Positions 1 to 12,888 of a stretch of DNA of 64,000 nt are shown here, in pieces. The notes beneath the pieces are model-generated. The model did not search any database. It had not been told where the DNA came from and saw nothing but the letters and a program-made list of their open reading frames with translations. The DNA lies in the NCBI GenBank assembly GCA_031835245.2, contig JAVKOQ020000015.1:62001-126000 (forward strand). Reading direction: 5' to 3'. How positions within the stretch are numbered: position 1 is the first letter of the stretch; each line of letters opens with the position of its first letter. Source of the stretch: Balamuthia mandrillaris (taxonomy: Eukaryota). The position numbers and the translations under genes were made by a program.

Positions 1-1985
1 CGCTTTGGTTCTTGAAAACAAGGCAAACCATCGATGTGTTTTCATGTTGGAACGGGTTATGCTGATGAACACAGATGAGGTCCCAACGGAGCTTCGAGTT
101 GCTGTGCAGATGATGGAAGAGAACGGAAATGCAAACGACTTGAACACGGATGACGGCAGCAACGTTGGAAGCACTGCCAACAATAGCAACAAAATCGATA
201 GTGGGAAGTGTTCAATTTGGGTGAGACAGAAGCAAAACCTTGCGAGAGAAGACAATAGCGAGAGAAAAACGGAGAAACAAGGAGAGAAAAATGAACGATC
301 AACCAATCCGCAAAAAGTGTACGTGGCATTGAGGAGCATGTACTGTGGAAAGTATCTTTGCGTGAGCGAAACAGGAAAACTGGAGCTGAGACATAGAAGA
401 GAGATACTGAATAAGTGGAAGCAACGCAAAGTGGTCGTGGAGTCTCATGAAACTTCAACAACGAACACCCCTACTGTCAAATCTCGAAGGGGTTCTTCAG
501 CAGGAACTACTCCATCAGACAAAAAGAAGAAGACTACGACAAAGAAGGCAAAGACCTCTACTAAGAAAGAAAAGAAGCAGAGGCCTAGTGGAGAAGAACA
601 CACTCATAAGAAAAAAGTGGTTGGAGGAGTTGGAGGAATCAAAGGTGTAGTAAATCGGTCTAAAGAAAGAAACAGGAAGAAGGGAGGTGCCACCATTGCC
701 GCCGAGAGCTTCATCTTCTCGGCTGGAACAGAGTTGTTTGAGTTTCGGTACATACCCATGCAGGTCAGAGATGGCATTCGGCGACGATACACCTTGGTTA
801 GCGTTTCCACTCAAAAGTATTTATTTGCACACAAGCACAGTATGGCTGTTGGTACGCCTCTCTCTCTCTCTCTCTCTCTCTCCCTATTTTCAAGCGGTTT
901 CTGATTCTATCGTCTTTCTTTACTATTACCAGGAATCAAAGATAGGTTGAATAATGCATCTCGTTGGCAGCTGCAACCTGCTGACAGCAACAGAGTTCAT
1001 ATCCGCTCCAAAAAGTACAATTCCTACATCATATGGAATGATACAGGCTTTCTCTACTGCACAGGCAACATGCCTTTCTTTCGCGCTACTTTCTTTCTCG
1101 AACCCGCAGCGACCAACTATACTTCTTCGTCATTCATGCCTTCTTCCTCTAGTTCGCATCGTCGTACCCCTTCATTCTCTTCTCTTCCGTTTTCCTCTTC
1201 TTCTGCCTCATCTGCTCCTTCTTCTCCTGCTCTTCTCTCTCCAACCATTGCACCTCTTGTTAAAAATGCAACTGCTATCCTCTCTCCTTCCTCTCTATCT
1301 TTTGATGAACCCAAAACCTCTGCTCGCCTATCCTACCAAGTTCACAACATCAATCCAAAAGACGGCAGTTTTATGCCGTCTCCTTCCTCACGACAACAGA
1401 ACTGCATCAAACTTGCGCTGCGGACTCATAACGGGAAATACTTTCATCGCACTTTTAAAACGGAGAGCGATAGTGAGCCTCATTGGTTTTCGCAGTATTA
1501 TCCCTCTTCCTTTGTCCGCCTTTCCAATGGAGCTTATTTAACGTATTCCAAGTTTCAAGTTACGTTCTCCTGTCTCTCGTTCTTCTGTTTTTGTTGTCTT
1601 ATTCTTCTCTGGTCTCGTTCTCACCCTGAACTATGCTTCCTTGTGCTAATGAACAATGCATAAAACACAGATAGGGGAAAATCAATATTTGGCCACAACC
1701 AAGACTGGACTCCTCTTAGCCTCCCACTGTGAAGACCACAACCGAACACCACCATCCACTGCTCTCGTCGAAGAGGAACAACCAGGAACCAGCATCAACA
1801 ATTCTCCCTCCCCGCAACAACGACCAAGAAAAGGAACTGTCCCAGATGATGAGTCAGCAATGGAATGGGCCGTGTTACCGTATGACGGACATTGGGAGGC
1901 CACTTTGTTGGAGCTGTACAGCGAGTTGGAGGCCGTCTACAACCTCCCTGTTCACATTAGTCGCAACAAGTACACCGGTTACTGA
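1..1985 (+). CDS. Fascin-like beta-trefoil repeat protein (5' partial, spliced)
   Basis: Repeated motifs VALRSMYCGKYL, YTLVSVSTQKYL, VHIRSKKYNSY and LALRTHNGKYF. GT-AG introns at about 852-932 and 1559-1670 join the ORFs. Stop TGA at 1983-1985. Confidence 0.55.
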
Positions 1986-2580
1986 CGACTCAACTGAAGG
2001 GCACAGAAGCGACCCATGTGTCCCACCCCCCCTTCCACCACAATAACGCAGTGGAGGCAGGACTTGTGCAAGTTTGACCAGGAAGGCAAAGTTTTGTGTT
2101 ACTGGCTATCAAAAAAATACAAAATAAATAAATAAATAAATATCCTTTCATTCTCCGCTACAAGTGGGGCTATATTAGAAACACTCCCAGATGCGGGTAT
2201 GGCTCTTGGTAAAGATAGAGGATAAGTAGAGGTTTCTTGCTCTTCTTGGAGGTACACAATGTGCTGTGGATGGTCACGTTCTTCACCGTTAGCATCCCAC
2301 TCATCATTTGGTGATTTCTCTCACAATCAGACAGTACTGGGCTAAAGACCTTCAAATCCAAGACACCAAAAAATGGCTGACTTTGCCTGTTCGGGACAGC
2401 AACTAGCGTCTAGAGAAAGAAAGGCCTGCGCAGCACATTGTCTACAAAAAAACTCTCCCAACGATAAGCGCTTTCTCTTATTAATTATGTGCGTTAATTG
2501 GCAATAAAGATGTTTGTTATCGACCGATTGTCTTATCGTACGGCTCCAATCATCTGTTATAACAGTGTGCAAGAGGAAAG

Positions 2581-3887
2581 ATGACCTGGCGGACCGTTTT
2601 GCTTGGCTGTTTGCTTGGCTTGCTGCTGCTTCTCTCGATGGAGAATCTTGCCTTGAAGCGGTCTTCGCTCTCGCGTCCTTTGGAAGCTGGAGGGTGTGAG
2701 GTATTCAACGACGAGAGAGCGCTGGGGGACACAAGAGCAACAGAAGGCAGAAAAGCCGCGAGCTCTCACGCTCTGTCCATTAGCAACGACACTCGTTTTC
2801 TTATCGGGGTGGGCTGCCAAAAGGGTGCGTTCCTTGTTTGTTTATGCTATGTAACCAGTGGCGCTTTCTGACAAACCTTTTCAACGAACCAAGGTGAAAC
2901 CAGCACCTTGTTCAAGTCTTTGCGAGGAGTGGAATGGGCAAACCCCCCTGTGATCATGAAGGATGGACGCCCTCGGGGCCGAAAAGGTACCCTCCTCTTC
3001 TTGTCCGGTTGTTCTGTCCTCTTGGCCTTAATTTGTATGTGACCCGGCAGAGCTATTCTTCTTTATCAATGATGTACCCGCGGAGGGAGTACCTGCTGGT
3101 GCAGCGCAAACCTTACTGCAAGACTACCTCTCCCATTGGCCGGTCACAACGAATCCGCAGGACAAAGACACGCGCGTCATGTTCGAGTTCACGCCAGACT
3201 ACATCTACCACAAACGGGCTCCCTGGTTGATGCAAGAAGTGCTGCGAGGAGGAGGAAAGGAGGAGAGCAACATGCTACCTTTTGTGAAGCTGGTGTTTTT
3301 GCTGCGAGACCCTGCCAAGAGGGCCTTCTCTGGCTACTTCCAGCAATTTGTGGGACCTGCAGAGGCCTTTCATAACAACACTGCTCCAGCTGAACGTCAG
3401 CCGAACGTGCAACAAGGCGTTGGAGCTGTCCAAGTATTGTGTGCCTGGATGGACGCAGGAATGCTTGCTACAGTCCTGCCTGAAAAACTTCGGAGACCAG
3501 GTGGCCAGAAGTACGCACTTCATCCTGAAGGGATTGTACTTGGATGCCATCCGAAACTTCTTGTGCGCAGGCTTTCTGCCTGAGCAGATGATCTTCTTCA
3601 CCAACTCAGAACTCTTCGAGAAACCCATGGAGGTCTTGCAACGCTTATCTGATTTCGTGGGTAAACCCTTGGCCTTTAACTCGATGGAAGACCGGGCTTT
3701 GGTAGAAGAAGGGCTGCTAGCGAATCACAAGGCACAAGGGGAGATGGACCCGGACTCGAAGGCAAGGCTGACCGAGTACTACCGCCGTCCGGTGGAAGAA
3801 TTGATGGAGTTCATGTCAAAGGGGAGGTTCAACATCGACTTGAAGGCATTGAAAGCAGAAATGAGAAATGTAATAACACCCAGCTAG
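2581..3887 (+). CDS. Type II membrane sulfotransferase (heparan sulfate 3-O/N-sulfotransferase-like), with one unexplained frame change
   Basis: N-terminal anchor MTWRTVLLGCLLGLLLLLS. PAPS motifs IGVGCQKGETSTL (across intron 2825-2893), KELFFF (across intron 2987-3050), FEFTPDY, LLRDPAKRAFSGY and KGLY. The frame switches at about 3350-3390. Confidence 0.8.
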
Positions 3888-4270
3888 CAAGCTTTGGTCC
3901 GCATTACTTGCACCTTTTCGTTTGTTTTGTTGTTCGTTGTGGAGAAGCGCAGGTAGCAGAAGAGAGGAGAGTGGAGAGAGGAGAGAGGAGAGAGGAGAGA
4001 AGAGAGCAGGGAGAGAGGAGAGAGGAGAGAAGAGAGCAGGGAGAAAGAGAGAGAGAGAGGAGAGAGGAGAGGAGAGAGAGCGACAGAGTTCACTTTATTG
4101 TCGACATGAATCATTTCCCGCCAAATTTTTACAAGAAACGAAAAACAAAAGGAGGAGAGAAAGCACAGCAGAGCGAGGGGGCAACCAAAGGGAAGCCGGT
4201 GCAAGGCGGTGTGTGCGGGTGTGAGGTTTTTTTTTTTTGTGTGTGTGTGGCGTAAAACTACGAAAAAAAA

Positions 4271-4368
4271 ATGAGCGACGACGACAGTTATCAAGAGGAG
4301 AGCGACCACGATGACACCAGCTTCACACTGGACTCAGTACGGCTACTACCATTTCCACTACTTTATTT

Positions 4369-4417
<49 letters not shown>

Positions 4418-4798
4418 GCTTTTCTTCTCTCTTCTCTTGCTTTGGCTCACTTGCGCAAAAAAAAAAAAAAAAAAACTCGTTGAACGGAACGATAGGAACC
4501 AGCAGCGGAGGAGGACGACTTTGTGAGCGATGAAGAAGAGGAGGAGGAAGAAGAATGGGAGGAAGAACAAGTTTCGCGGAGGAAAAATCAGCGGAAGCGA
4601 CCGGCTCCCGCTTCTAGTGCTACTACGCGTGCAAAATCCTCCTCTCAATGTACGTTCCTTTTTGTGTTTTAGCTCCGTTGATTCTCTCTGATTTGTGCCT
4701 GCGGTAGCAACCAACAAACGCAGAAAAGTTGCTTCGATGGCCAACGTGCCTTCGCCAACCAAAGTACTCCTTTCCCTTTTGCTTCTCCTCTCTCTCTG

Positions 4799-4834
<36 letters not shown>

Positions 4835-4851
4835 TCTCTTTCTCTTTCTCT

Positions 4852-4890
<39 letters not shown>

Positions 4891-6269
4891 GCTTTCTCTT
4901 TCTCTCTTTCTCTTTCTCTTTCTCTTTCTCTTTCTCTTTCTCTTTCTCTTTCTCTTTCTCCAGTGCTGTATTTCACTCTCCATAACGAACAACAAACAAA
5001 CCAAAAGGTGCAAGCAGGTTGGATACGAAAGAAAAGAGCAGAACCAAAGCTTGATGCTTCAACAAACATCTCCACCCCAGCGGCCAAGAAAGCTCCCTCC
5101 CATCCGCTTCTCGCTCTCACTGGCAGCATGATGGCCCTCCACAACCGAACCCAGCCACTCAAGCAACGGAGCAATCCTTTGCGCCTTGCCGACTACATCA
5201 CCAACAAAGGCAACGGCAAAAGTGGGAGCGGTCTTGATCTTGTGAGCACCTATGGCTTCAAAGGGTTTCTATCTTCCTGTTTTCTCCTTTTTTTCTCCCC
5301 CCACACTAACTCATAATAATGTTCCATTTTGCAGAGGAAAGTTGCCACAGCCTAAATCATCCTTCATAGATGATAGTATGCAATCTAGCCTCGCAGACAA
5401 CGAAGACGAGGAGTATGTTGACAATGGAGACGATGGCAGAGAAGAAGAAGAATCATTTACATTCTTTCCTTCTTCCAAAACAAAAACACAAGCCGAACAT
5501 GGTACGAACAGAAAGGACAAAGCGGCTAACGGCAAGTCTACAACTACAATCAAAGCGACAACAAAATCTACTTCAAAGAGAAAGCCAAAGACCATTTCTA
5601 TCGCGTCTTCTAGTGACGAGGAAGATTACGCCCTTGATGCCAAACCAGTGTCTCCTTCTAATAAGAACGCCTCCAATTCATCGTCATCTGTTGCGTTGGA
5701 CGTAACTGAAGAAGAAGAAGAAGAAGAAGAAGAAGAAGAAGAAAAAGAAGTTGAAGAAGAGCAAGAAGATGACGAAGAAATCGCGGAAGAATACGAGCAC
5801 CGTGAATTGGCAAAGCTCAACTCTCTGTTGCGCAGATGCGAGGAATGCGCCTCACGCCTTCGCACGTTGGTTCGATCTCTTCAACGAACTCAACATACAA
5901 ACAACGAAAACGAGGGAGAAGGAAAGAACGCGAACATAAAGAAACTACTCGAACCAGGAGCAGAAATTGTATCACAACCGACTACTTTAGGATCTTCCAA
6001 CAGAAGAATGAAGACCTACCAAATACTTGGCTTGAACTGGCTTTACCTCTTATACAGACAAAACTTGAACGGAATACTTGCTGATGAGAGTACGCTATTT
6101 TCTGCTCTCTTCTTTTATGCTTTCAATTGACACATTAATTATTTAAACAAACAGTGGGACTTGGTAAAACGTTGCAGACGATATCGTTGTTTGCTCTTTT
6201 GCTGGAAAAGGGGTTTACTGGCCCTCATCTTGTAGTGGTACCTGCTACTAGTACGTCCTCCTTCTCGCT

Positions 6270-6309
<40 letters not shown>

Positions 6310-6675
6310 ATCGTTCATGGGAAAGAACCTTACCTGGATTATGTTTTTTACAGCGTTGGCGAATTGGGAACGAGAATTGGGAACGTGGTGCCCTTCTCTT
6401 AAGGTGTTGTGCTACTATGGAAACATGAAAGAGCGTACCAGTTTACGCAAACGGCTTAAAGCCAAATCGCAATGGAGTCAGTACAATGTTTTTTTGACGA
6501 CCTACAATGTGGCGTACGGAAAGTACGATAGAGCTTTTCTCAAAAATATCGATTTTGATTACATCGTTTTGGACGAGGCTCAGAATATCAAAAACGTGGA
6601 TTCTCTTCGTCATCAACGTTTGTTTTCTCTGAGTTCCAAACATCGTTTGCTCTTGACTGGAACTCCGCTTCAGGT

Positions 6676-6724
<49 letters not shown>

Positions 6725-7800
6725 TTTCTAAGCGTCTTTTTTTCGCAATATTTTCTTCTCAACACAGAATAATTTGGAAGAAGTTTTCGCATTGCTATAC
6801 TTTTTGTTGCCGGATATGTTTGGCTCTGCCACGAAGTTCAAAGAGCTCTGCGACCAACTTCGAACTCTCAGCAAAGGCAATAAACAACAACGGTTCCTCT
6901 CCAATAACAACAACAGCAAAAACATTGCCGACAATTATGTTTTACGGATCAAACGAATTCTTTCTCCATTTATACTTCGACGTTTGAAGGCGGAAGTCTC
7001 GCTCGAACTACCTTCGAAAGAAGAGACCATTATTTCCTGCAGAATGTCAACTGTACAACAACGCTTGTACGCTGAACTGCTCACTCGATCACAAAGTATG
7101 TGGGAGGCCCACGAAAAAGCGAAATTGGAACTCAAACACAACTCAAAAAATGGTGGCCAGCTGAAAGAAGTACACGAAGCGGAAGAAGGCAGAGAAGATG
7201 GAGAAGAAATGGAAGATGCGTTTAGAATGGATGCAGAAGAAGTAGAGAAACCGCAGAAGCATTGCAACAACGCGCCTATCAGGAAACCAACAGTTCTAAG
7301 CATGTTGAACAATTTGTTGATGCAGCTTAGGAAGGTAAGCTCTCTTTCTTCCTTGTCTACGTCTTCTTTCCTGTTATCTCACTTTGTATTGTTTTATAGA
7401 TGGCAAATCATCCATTGCTTTGCCGTTCGTTCATAACCGATGCACAGATTTCTACAATCGCTAAACTTGTTCGTCAGAATCTTCCTCAGGAGTTTGGTAA
7501 TGACACCCAACAAGAAGTGGAAGAATATCTCGCATGTCATTCTGACTTTGAGTTGCATTCGCTCTTCCAACATCATGACTTTCTATCGTCTTATTTGTTG
7601 TCAAACGGTTTGCCATTTCTTGTTCATTTCAATTTGAAGAATGTTACTAACGTTCTCTTTTCTGTGTTTTTTTTTTGTTTAGCTATACTATTTGACATTT
7701 CTGGAAAGTTTAATGTCTTGAGAGACCTTTTGAATGACCTGCGTAGCCAAGGCAGACGTGTGCTAATCTTTTCACAAATGACGAGGTTTCTTTCTTTTTT

Positions 7801-7839
<39 letters not shown>

Positions 7840-9021
7840 TACCTGCTAAACGAATAACCTTCGTTCTTTCCTCATAATTGTTTTGTAACATACAAACCAG
7901 AATGTTGGACATTCTGGAAACATTTATGGATCATCTGGGCCATTCTTACGTGCGATTGGATGGACAAACGCCAGTCGCTGAGCGGCAGGAGATCATTGAC
8001 CAGTATAACGAGGATCTCTCCGTGTTTGTGTTCTTGCTGTCAACCAGGGCTGGTGGATTGGGCATCAACTTGACTTCTGCAGATACTGTTATTTTCTACG
8101 ACATCAGTTTTAACCCCCAGGTTAATTTTTCTTCTCTTTCTGTTTGTTTGCTTTGTTTAGAAAATAAGAAGTTAGACTAAACTACAACAAATAAAGGTGG
8201 ACAGACAAGCAGAAGACAGATGTCACAGATTAGGCCAAACAAAGATAGTGCGAGTGATAAAGCTCACCACAGAACACACAATCGACGAGCACATCCTCAA
8301 AATGGCGAACCAGAAGAAGATACTGAGCGAAATCATGTTGGCAGAAGGGTCCTATTCGGAACCGCAACAAAAGGAATCCGATGAAGACCAATCTACGAGC
8401 GACCTTCTTCAAGTTCTCGCTCAAACTTTGGAAGAACTTCCTTCTTCTGCTTCTTGTTCTTCTTCTTGTTCTTCTTCTTCTTCTTCTTCTTCTTCTTCTT
8501 CTTCTTCTTCCGCTGCTTCTTCTTCTTCTTCCGTTGCTTCTTCTTCTTCTTCCGCTGCTTCTTCTGTTTCTGCCTTGTCATCTTCCTCGGCTGCGACTCT
8601 TCTTTCTTCAGCATCTACACCTTCCAATGCGAAACAACAGCAAAACGGCGGCAGTGACAAAACGAAAAGGATATCTGTCGTCAGTTCTGAAGAAGAAAAG
8701 GAAGAGAACGACGAAGAAGCAGAAGAAGAGGAACAACTAACTCACAACAAACAAAGCCGAACGAGTCGGCGGCGCGTTGGCAAAGAAAACAACAAGGCAG
8801 CGATAAACGTAAGCCTGGTTGGAGATGAAGACGAAGAAGAAGAAATGGAAAAAGAAAACGAAGATACAGACCAAGAAAAGGACAATGAACGAGGCGCAAA
8901 GCGAACAGTTGCAAGAAACAAGGTCACAACGAAACAAAGAGGAAAGAGTAACGCCAAGCAGGAACAACCACAGAAAGCCGGACAGAGAACCATCCAATCC
9001 TTTTTTGCTTCAAAACATTAA
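4271..9021 (+). CDS. SMARCAD1: SNF2-family chromatin remodeller, SMARCAD1/Fun30-like
   Basis: [21 protein letters not shown] (split by an intron at 6090), [56 protein letters not shown] and [13 protein letters not shown] across multiple GT-AG exons. Confidence 0.9.
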
Positions 9022-9248
9022 AGAGATGTTAAGCTCTTTAGAGGACGAAGCCGCTTGAGAGCGAGATCAAACGCCGACACCAATGTCACCAGTGTTTTGG
9101 CCTCCAACTGGATCTACGCAGCCTCCAGTTTTATTTATTTTTCCAACACAACTAGTGGAACTTGAACGACTGGAACGGTGCTCACCTCACCCCTTTTTTG
9201 TTGCTTCCCTTCTTGTTTCTGTTCCTTTTCCCCCGTGGTTTTTTGTCT

Positions 9249-9449
9249 CTACCAGAGCAGCCCAAGCTCCTCCCTGAACTGCCTGTGGCGGGCTTTGTGG
9301 AGGGCTTTGGCCTTGCAAAGGGCCTTCCCCCCGCTCGATCGCTTGCAGCCAACGCAGCACCAACGCCCCAGCGAGCAACGCACCTGCCTGCTCTTGTTGG
9401 TGGGCACGCCCTTTGCGGCTCCACGCCTGCCTTTGCCCGTTCTTCTCAT
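9249..9449 (-). CDS. 66-aa basic Cys-containing microprotein, copy 1
   Basis: MRRTGKGRRGAAKGVPTNKSRQVRCSLGRWCCVGCKRSSGGKALCKAKALHKARHRQFREELGLLW. It aligns with the 9913-10101 ORF using only whole-residue gaps. Confidence 0.6.
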   Translation of the reverse strand: MRRTGKGRRGAAKGVPTNKSRQVRCSLGRWCCVGCKRSSGGKALCKAKALHKARHRQFREELGLLW

Positions 9450-9912
9450 CGTTGTTGTTGTTGTTGGTGTTGCTGTTGTTGTGTGTGCGATGTTGTTTGT
9501 GGATGACGATGGCGTGCACGTTCGCTGAAAACGACAAGAAGAGAAGAGAACGCGATGAAGAGAACAGAACCGAGACGAAGACGAGATGAAAGGAGATGAA
9601 GGATAAAGACAGAAGGAAGAGAGACACCAAAACCAAAAGAAAAGAAGAAGAGATGACTCAGGTTTACAGAACTTTTCATTACTAACAAGCACCAAAACAA
9701 CCTTAAGTGCAAGGCTTGTATGTTTGCCTCCAGACACACACTTCCTCCTCTTCGTAGGGGCGTTTTTTCAGCATAGGGTCCCTTTGGCTCGTTTGAACGG
9801 GTGAGCACTGCTTGTTGTTGTTCCTTCTCTTTCCGTTGTTGCAGCTCGTTGCTTGGAACGCTTGCTTGCTTGTGGTAGCTGCGGTGCGCGGCGGCAACCC
9901 GCCCCGTTTGCC

Positions 9913-10101
9913 TCAAAGGTAGGGAGTGATGAGGTCGTAGCGCAGCTCTCTGGCACGGGCCTTCCGCTCGGACTTGGACTTGTGGAGGGCCTTCCCGCCG
10001 GCGTCAACCTTGCACATGCCGCAGCGTCGCCCCAACGGGCAGCGCTGCTGCCTGCTCTTGCTGGTCGGTACGCCTCCTCGTCCTTTGCCCTCTCTTCTCA
10101 T
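9913..10101 (-). CDS. 62-aa basic Cys-containing microprotein, copy 2
   Basis: MRREGKGRGGVPTSKSRQQRCPLGRRCGMCKVDAGGKALHKSKSERKARARELRYDLITPYL. Paralogue of 9249-9449. Confidence 0.6.
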   Translation of the reverse strand: MRREGKGRGGVPTSKSRQQRCPLGRRCGMCKVDAGGKALHKSKSERKARARELRYDLITPYL

Positions 10102-10335
10102 CCCTGTTGTTCTTGTTCTTCGTCTTCTTCTTGTTGGTGAGGACTAAATAGAGGCGACAAAAGAGAAAAGGAGGAGAACCAACGGTTCTCTGAAACAAGG
10201 TTGCGCGAGTGCAAGCACCTGCACCAAACCTCCTCGGAGGGCATCGGGGCGGGGGAGTATGGTAACGCTTCGCTGAAGATAGCATGCTTGTGCATTTAAA
10301 CAAGACTTTGGTTGGGAACAACAAAGAAAGCAACG

Positions 10336-11242
10336 ATGAAGCAAGTCAAGCCCTGTGGAGTAGATATGGGGTATGAGCGGCTGCCCTGCTGGTACTTTGA
10401 TGACCAGGAGGAGCGATGGTTGCCGTTGCAACAGGCACAACCTTACCCCGCGGCCATCGCCAAGCATCCGCCAGGACAAGGGGGAAGCCCGTCGTTGAGG
10501 ATAGCGACCTTCAACGTGATGTACGACGAATGGGGACGGGAACACCTCGCTCACAGCCCCTTGCGGTGGAGGCACGCCTTGAAGCTGCTGAGAGAGCTCG
10601 ATGCCGACTTTGTGGGGCTGAACGAGGTCTGTCCGGCCTTCCAACGCATGCTCAAGGAAGAGGACTGGGTGCAGCAGAGCTACTTTATCAGTGATGGCAG
10701 CGAGCGAGGGGAGACGCTGACCAAACCGTCGGCCAACCTGTTGCTCTCCAAGCATCCCCTGCGTGACCTGTTGGCGGTGCCGCTGCCCCAGTGCTCAAGG
10801 AAGGCCCTCGTTGGGGTGTGCGCCCTGCCTCTGTCTGCTGAGGAACAACCGGTTCGTTCTTTTGCTTGCTTTGTATCGTTTTTCTCTGGTAGCTTCTTCG
10901 TTCTCATTGCTCTTTCATTGATCGTTCTGTTCTTGTTGTCCTTTGGTCTGTTCTCCTCCGCAGAGGAGGATATGCGTTTGCAGCACCCATTTCACCGCGT
11001 TAACATGGAACAAAGCAAAGAGGCAGCGGCAGATGGCCCACCTTCTCACCTTCCTCGAAAAAGAGTTACCCTCCGTACTCCGCGATAACGGGCAGCAACA
11101 ACCTCACGACATGTTTATCATGGGCGACTTTAATCTTCACAAGCCTTGCGAGGATTCCATCATCATTCCAACTACTTACGCGGACCTATGGTCCACCCTT
11201 CGGCCACATGGTACACCCTGTCCCTGTGTTCTCCTCGTGCTG

Positions 11243-11282
<40 letters not shown>

Positions 11283-11911
11283 TCTCTCTCCCTCTCTCCG
11301 TACTCCTTTTTCGATGATAATGATGGTCTGATTCCACAGAGGGAGGTTATACCTTTGATGCCAAGGTTAACAAAATGTTGGCTGAGACCTGGCCACTTGC
11401 CTTTGAATCCCGACGCATGCGCTTGGATCGCATAATCTACCGTTGCCTTCGCAGCTCACCCTCAGCATCCTTCTCTGAAGAAGGAAGAAAAAGCATAACA
11501 GCATGGCAACCTCATAGCATTTGTATGTTTGGCGACCGTCCCATCTTCAGAAAGAATGGCTATGACATTGATAATGACGAGGAGGAAGAAGAGGAAGTTC
11601 AAACGAAGGAAGCAGAAAGACGTCCCCTGATACACTCAGACACGGATAAACGAGACAAGTCATCGCGGATGCTGATGGCGGCTGTGGCATGCATTCGATG
11701 GCCGATACGGTTTGTGGTTGCTTTATTAGCTGCTCTGTTCGACTTGTTCAGAGTGAACCTATTCCGGCGGAAGGAAGACTATTTATTTCCCAGCGACCAC
11801 TTTGGGTTGGTGGCCACTCTGTCGCTTGCCCCCTCTCCTGCCCCTTCGTCACTTCTATCAACATCTGCGTCCAGTTCTGCTGACAACAAAGGCAAGAAGA
11901 AGGAAGACTAG
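10336..11911 (+). CDS. Endonuclease/exonuclease/phosphatase family protein, TDP2-like
   Basis: LRIATFNV, DFVGLNEV, VCSTHF, IMGDFN, YTFD, RLDRI and PSDHFGL. Two introns. Confidence 0.85.
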
Positions 11912-11958
11912 AAACATAATCCTTCTGTACAAAGAAATGAAGGTGAAGAAGGACACCG

Positions 11959-11995
<37 letters not shown>

Positions 11996-12143
11996 AAGAA
12001 ACTGTCATAAGAACCCAAACCTCCACAAAAGACAAAAATAGTATGCTCGAACGAAGCAACGACACCACTTCTCTTTATACGCGGTTCTGCGAAGCACCGC
12101 TCTATTTCTCCTTTTGTATCAAGACCTCTCCTGTGTTCTCCTC

Positions 12144-12222
<79 letters not shown>

Positions 12223-12395
12223 CATTACATTCCATAAACCTACATCATTCTCCTTTTATAGCCCTTCAAAAAAATCATCACAATTTCCCGAAGATTTCAT
12301 GTCTATTAGGTATACAACATATTATGGCGGAATATCGGCCATCGCTCCCAACCTACGATGGATGTTGCTAAGGCAAACCAAAGAAAAGAAAGAAA

Positions 12396-12681
12396 ATGGG
12401 GGTGAGAGGGCTGCAGATGTATGTGGAAGGGCTGGGCGGAGGCAGCGGCTGCACCGCCCCCTGCGCTTCCTCCGTTTGCATCACGTCGCTGGCCAAAGCG
12501 CGTGCCGAGAAGTGCGGCGGAGGAACGGCCACGCTGGCCATCGACGGGGACGGCTTCCTCTACTTCCTCACCCAGTACACCGGCTTGGACTGGCTTTTGG
12601 GCGGTCAATACGCTCAATATCCTTTTTCTTTCCTCTCTCTCTCTCTCTGTCTATTTCTCTTCCTCTCTGTTCGTTGTCCTA

Positions 12682-12766
<85 letters not shown>

Positions 12767-12793
12767 TCCTCCCCGCTTTTCTTCTTCTATGCT

Positions 12794-12824
<31 letters not shown>

Positions 12825-12857
12825 CTCATTCTCGCAGTCTCATTCTTTCATTCTCTC

Positions 12858-12888
<31 letters not shown>

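Noticed and set aside
2170..2360. Hydrophobic coding-like fragment between the first two genes
   Set aside because: It is short and interrupted by stops, with no recognisable family.
9703..9915. Open frame continuing after the TGA of microprotein copy 2 (Sec or readthrough)
   Set aside because: The paralogue stops at the equivalent position with TAG, no SECIS was seen, and the extension looks like UTR.
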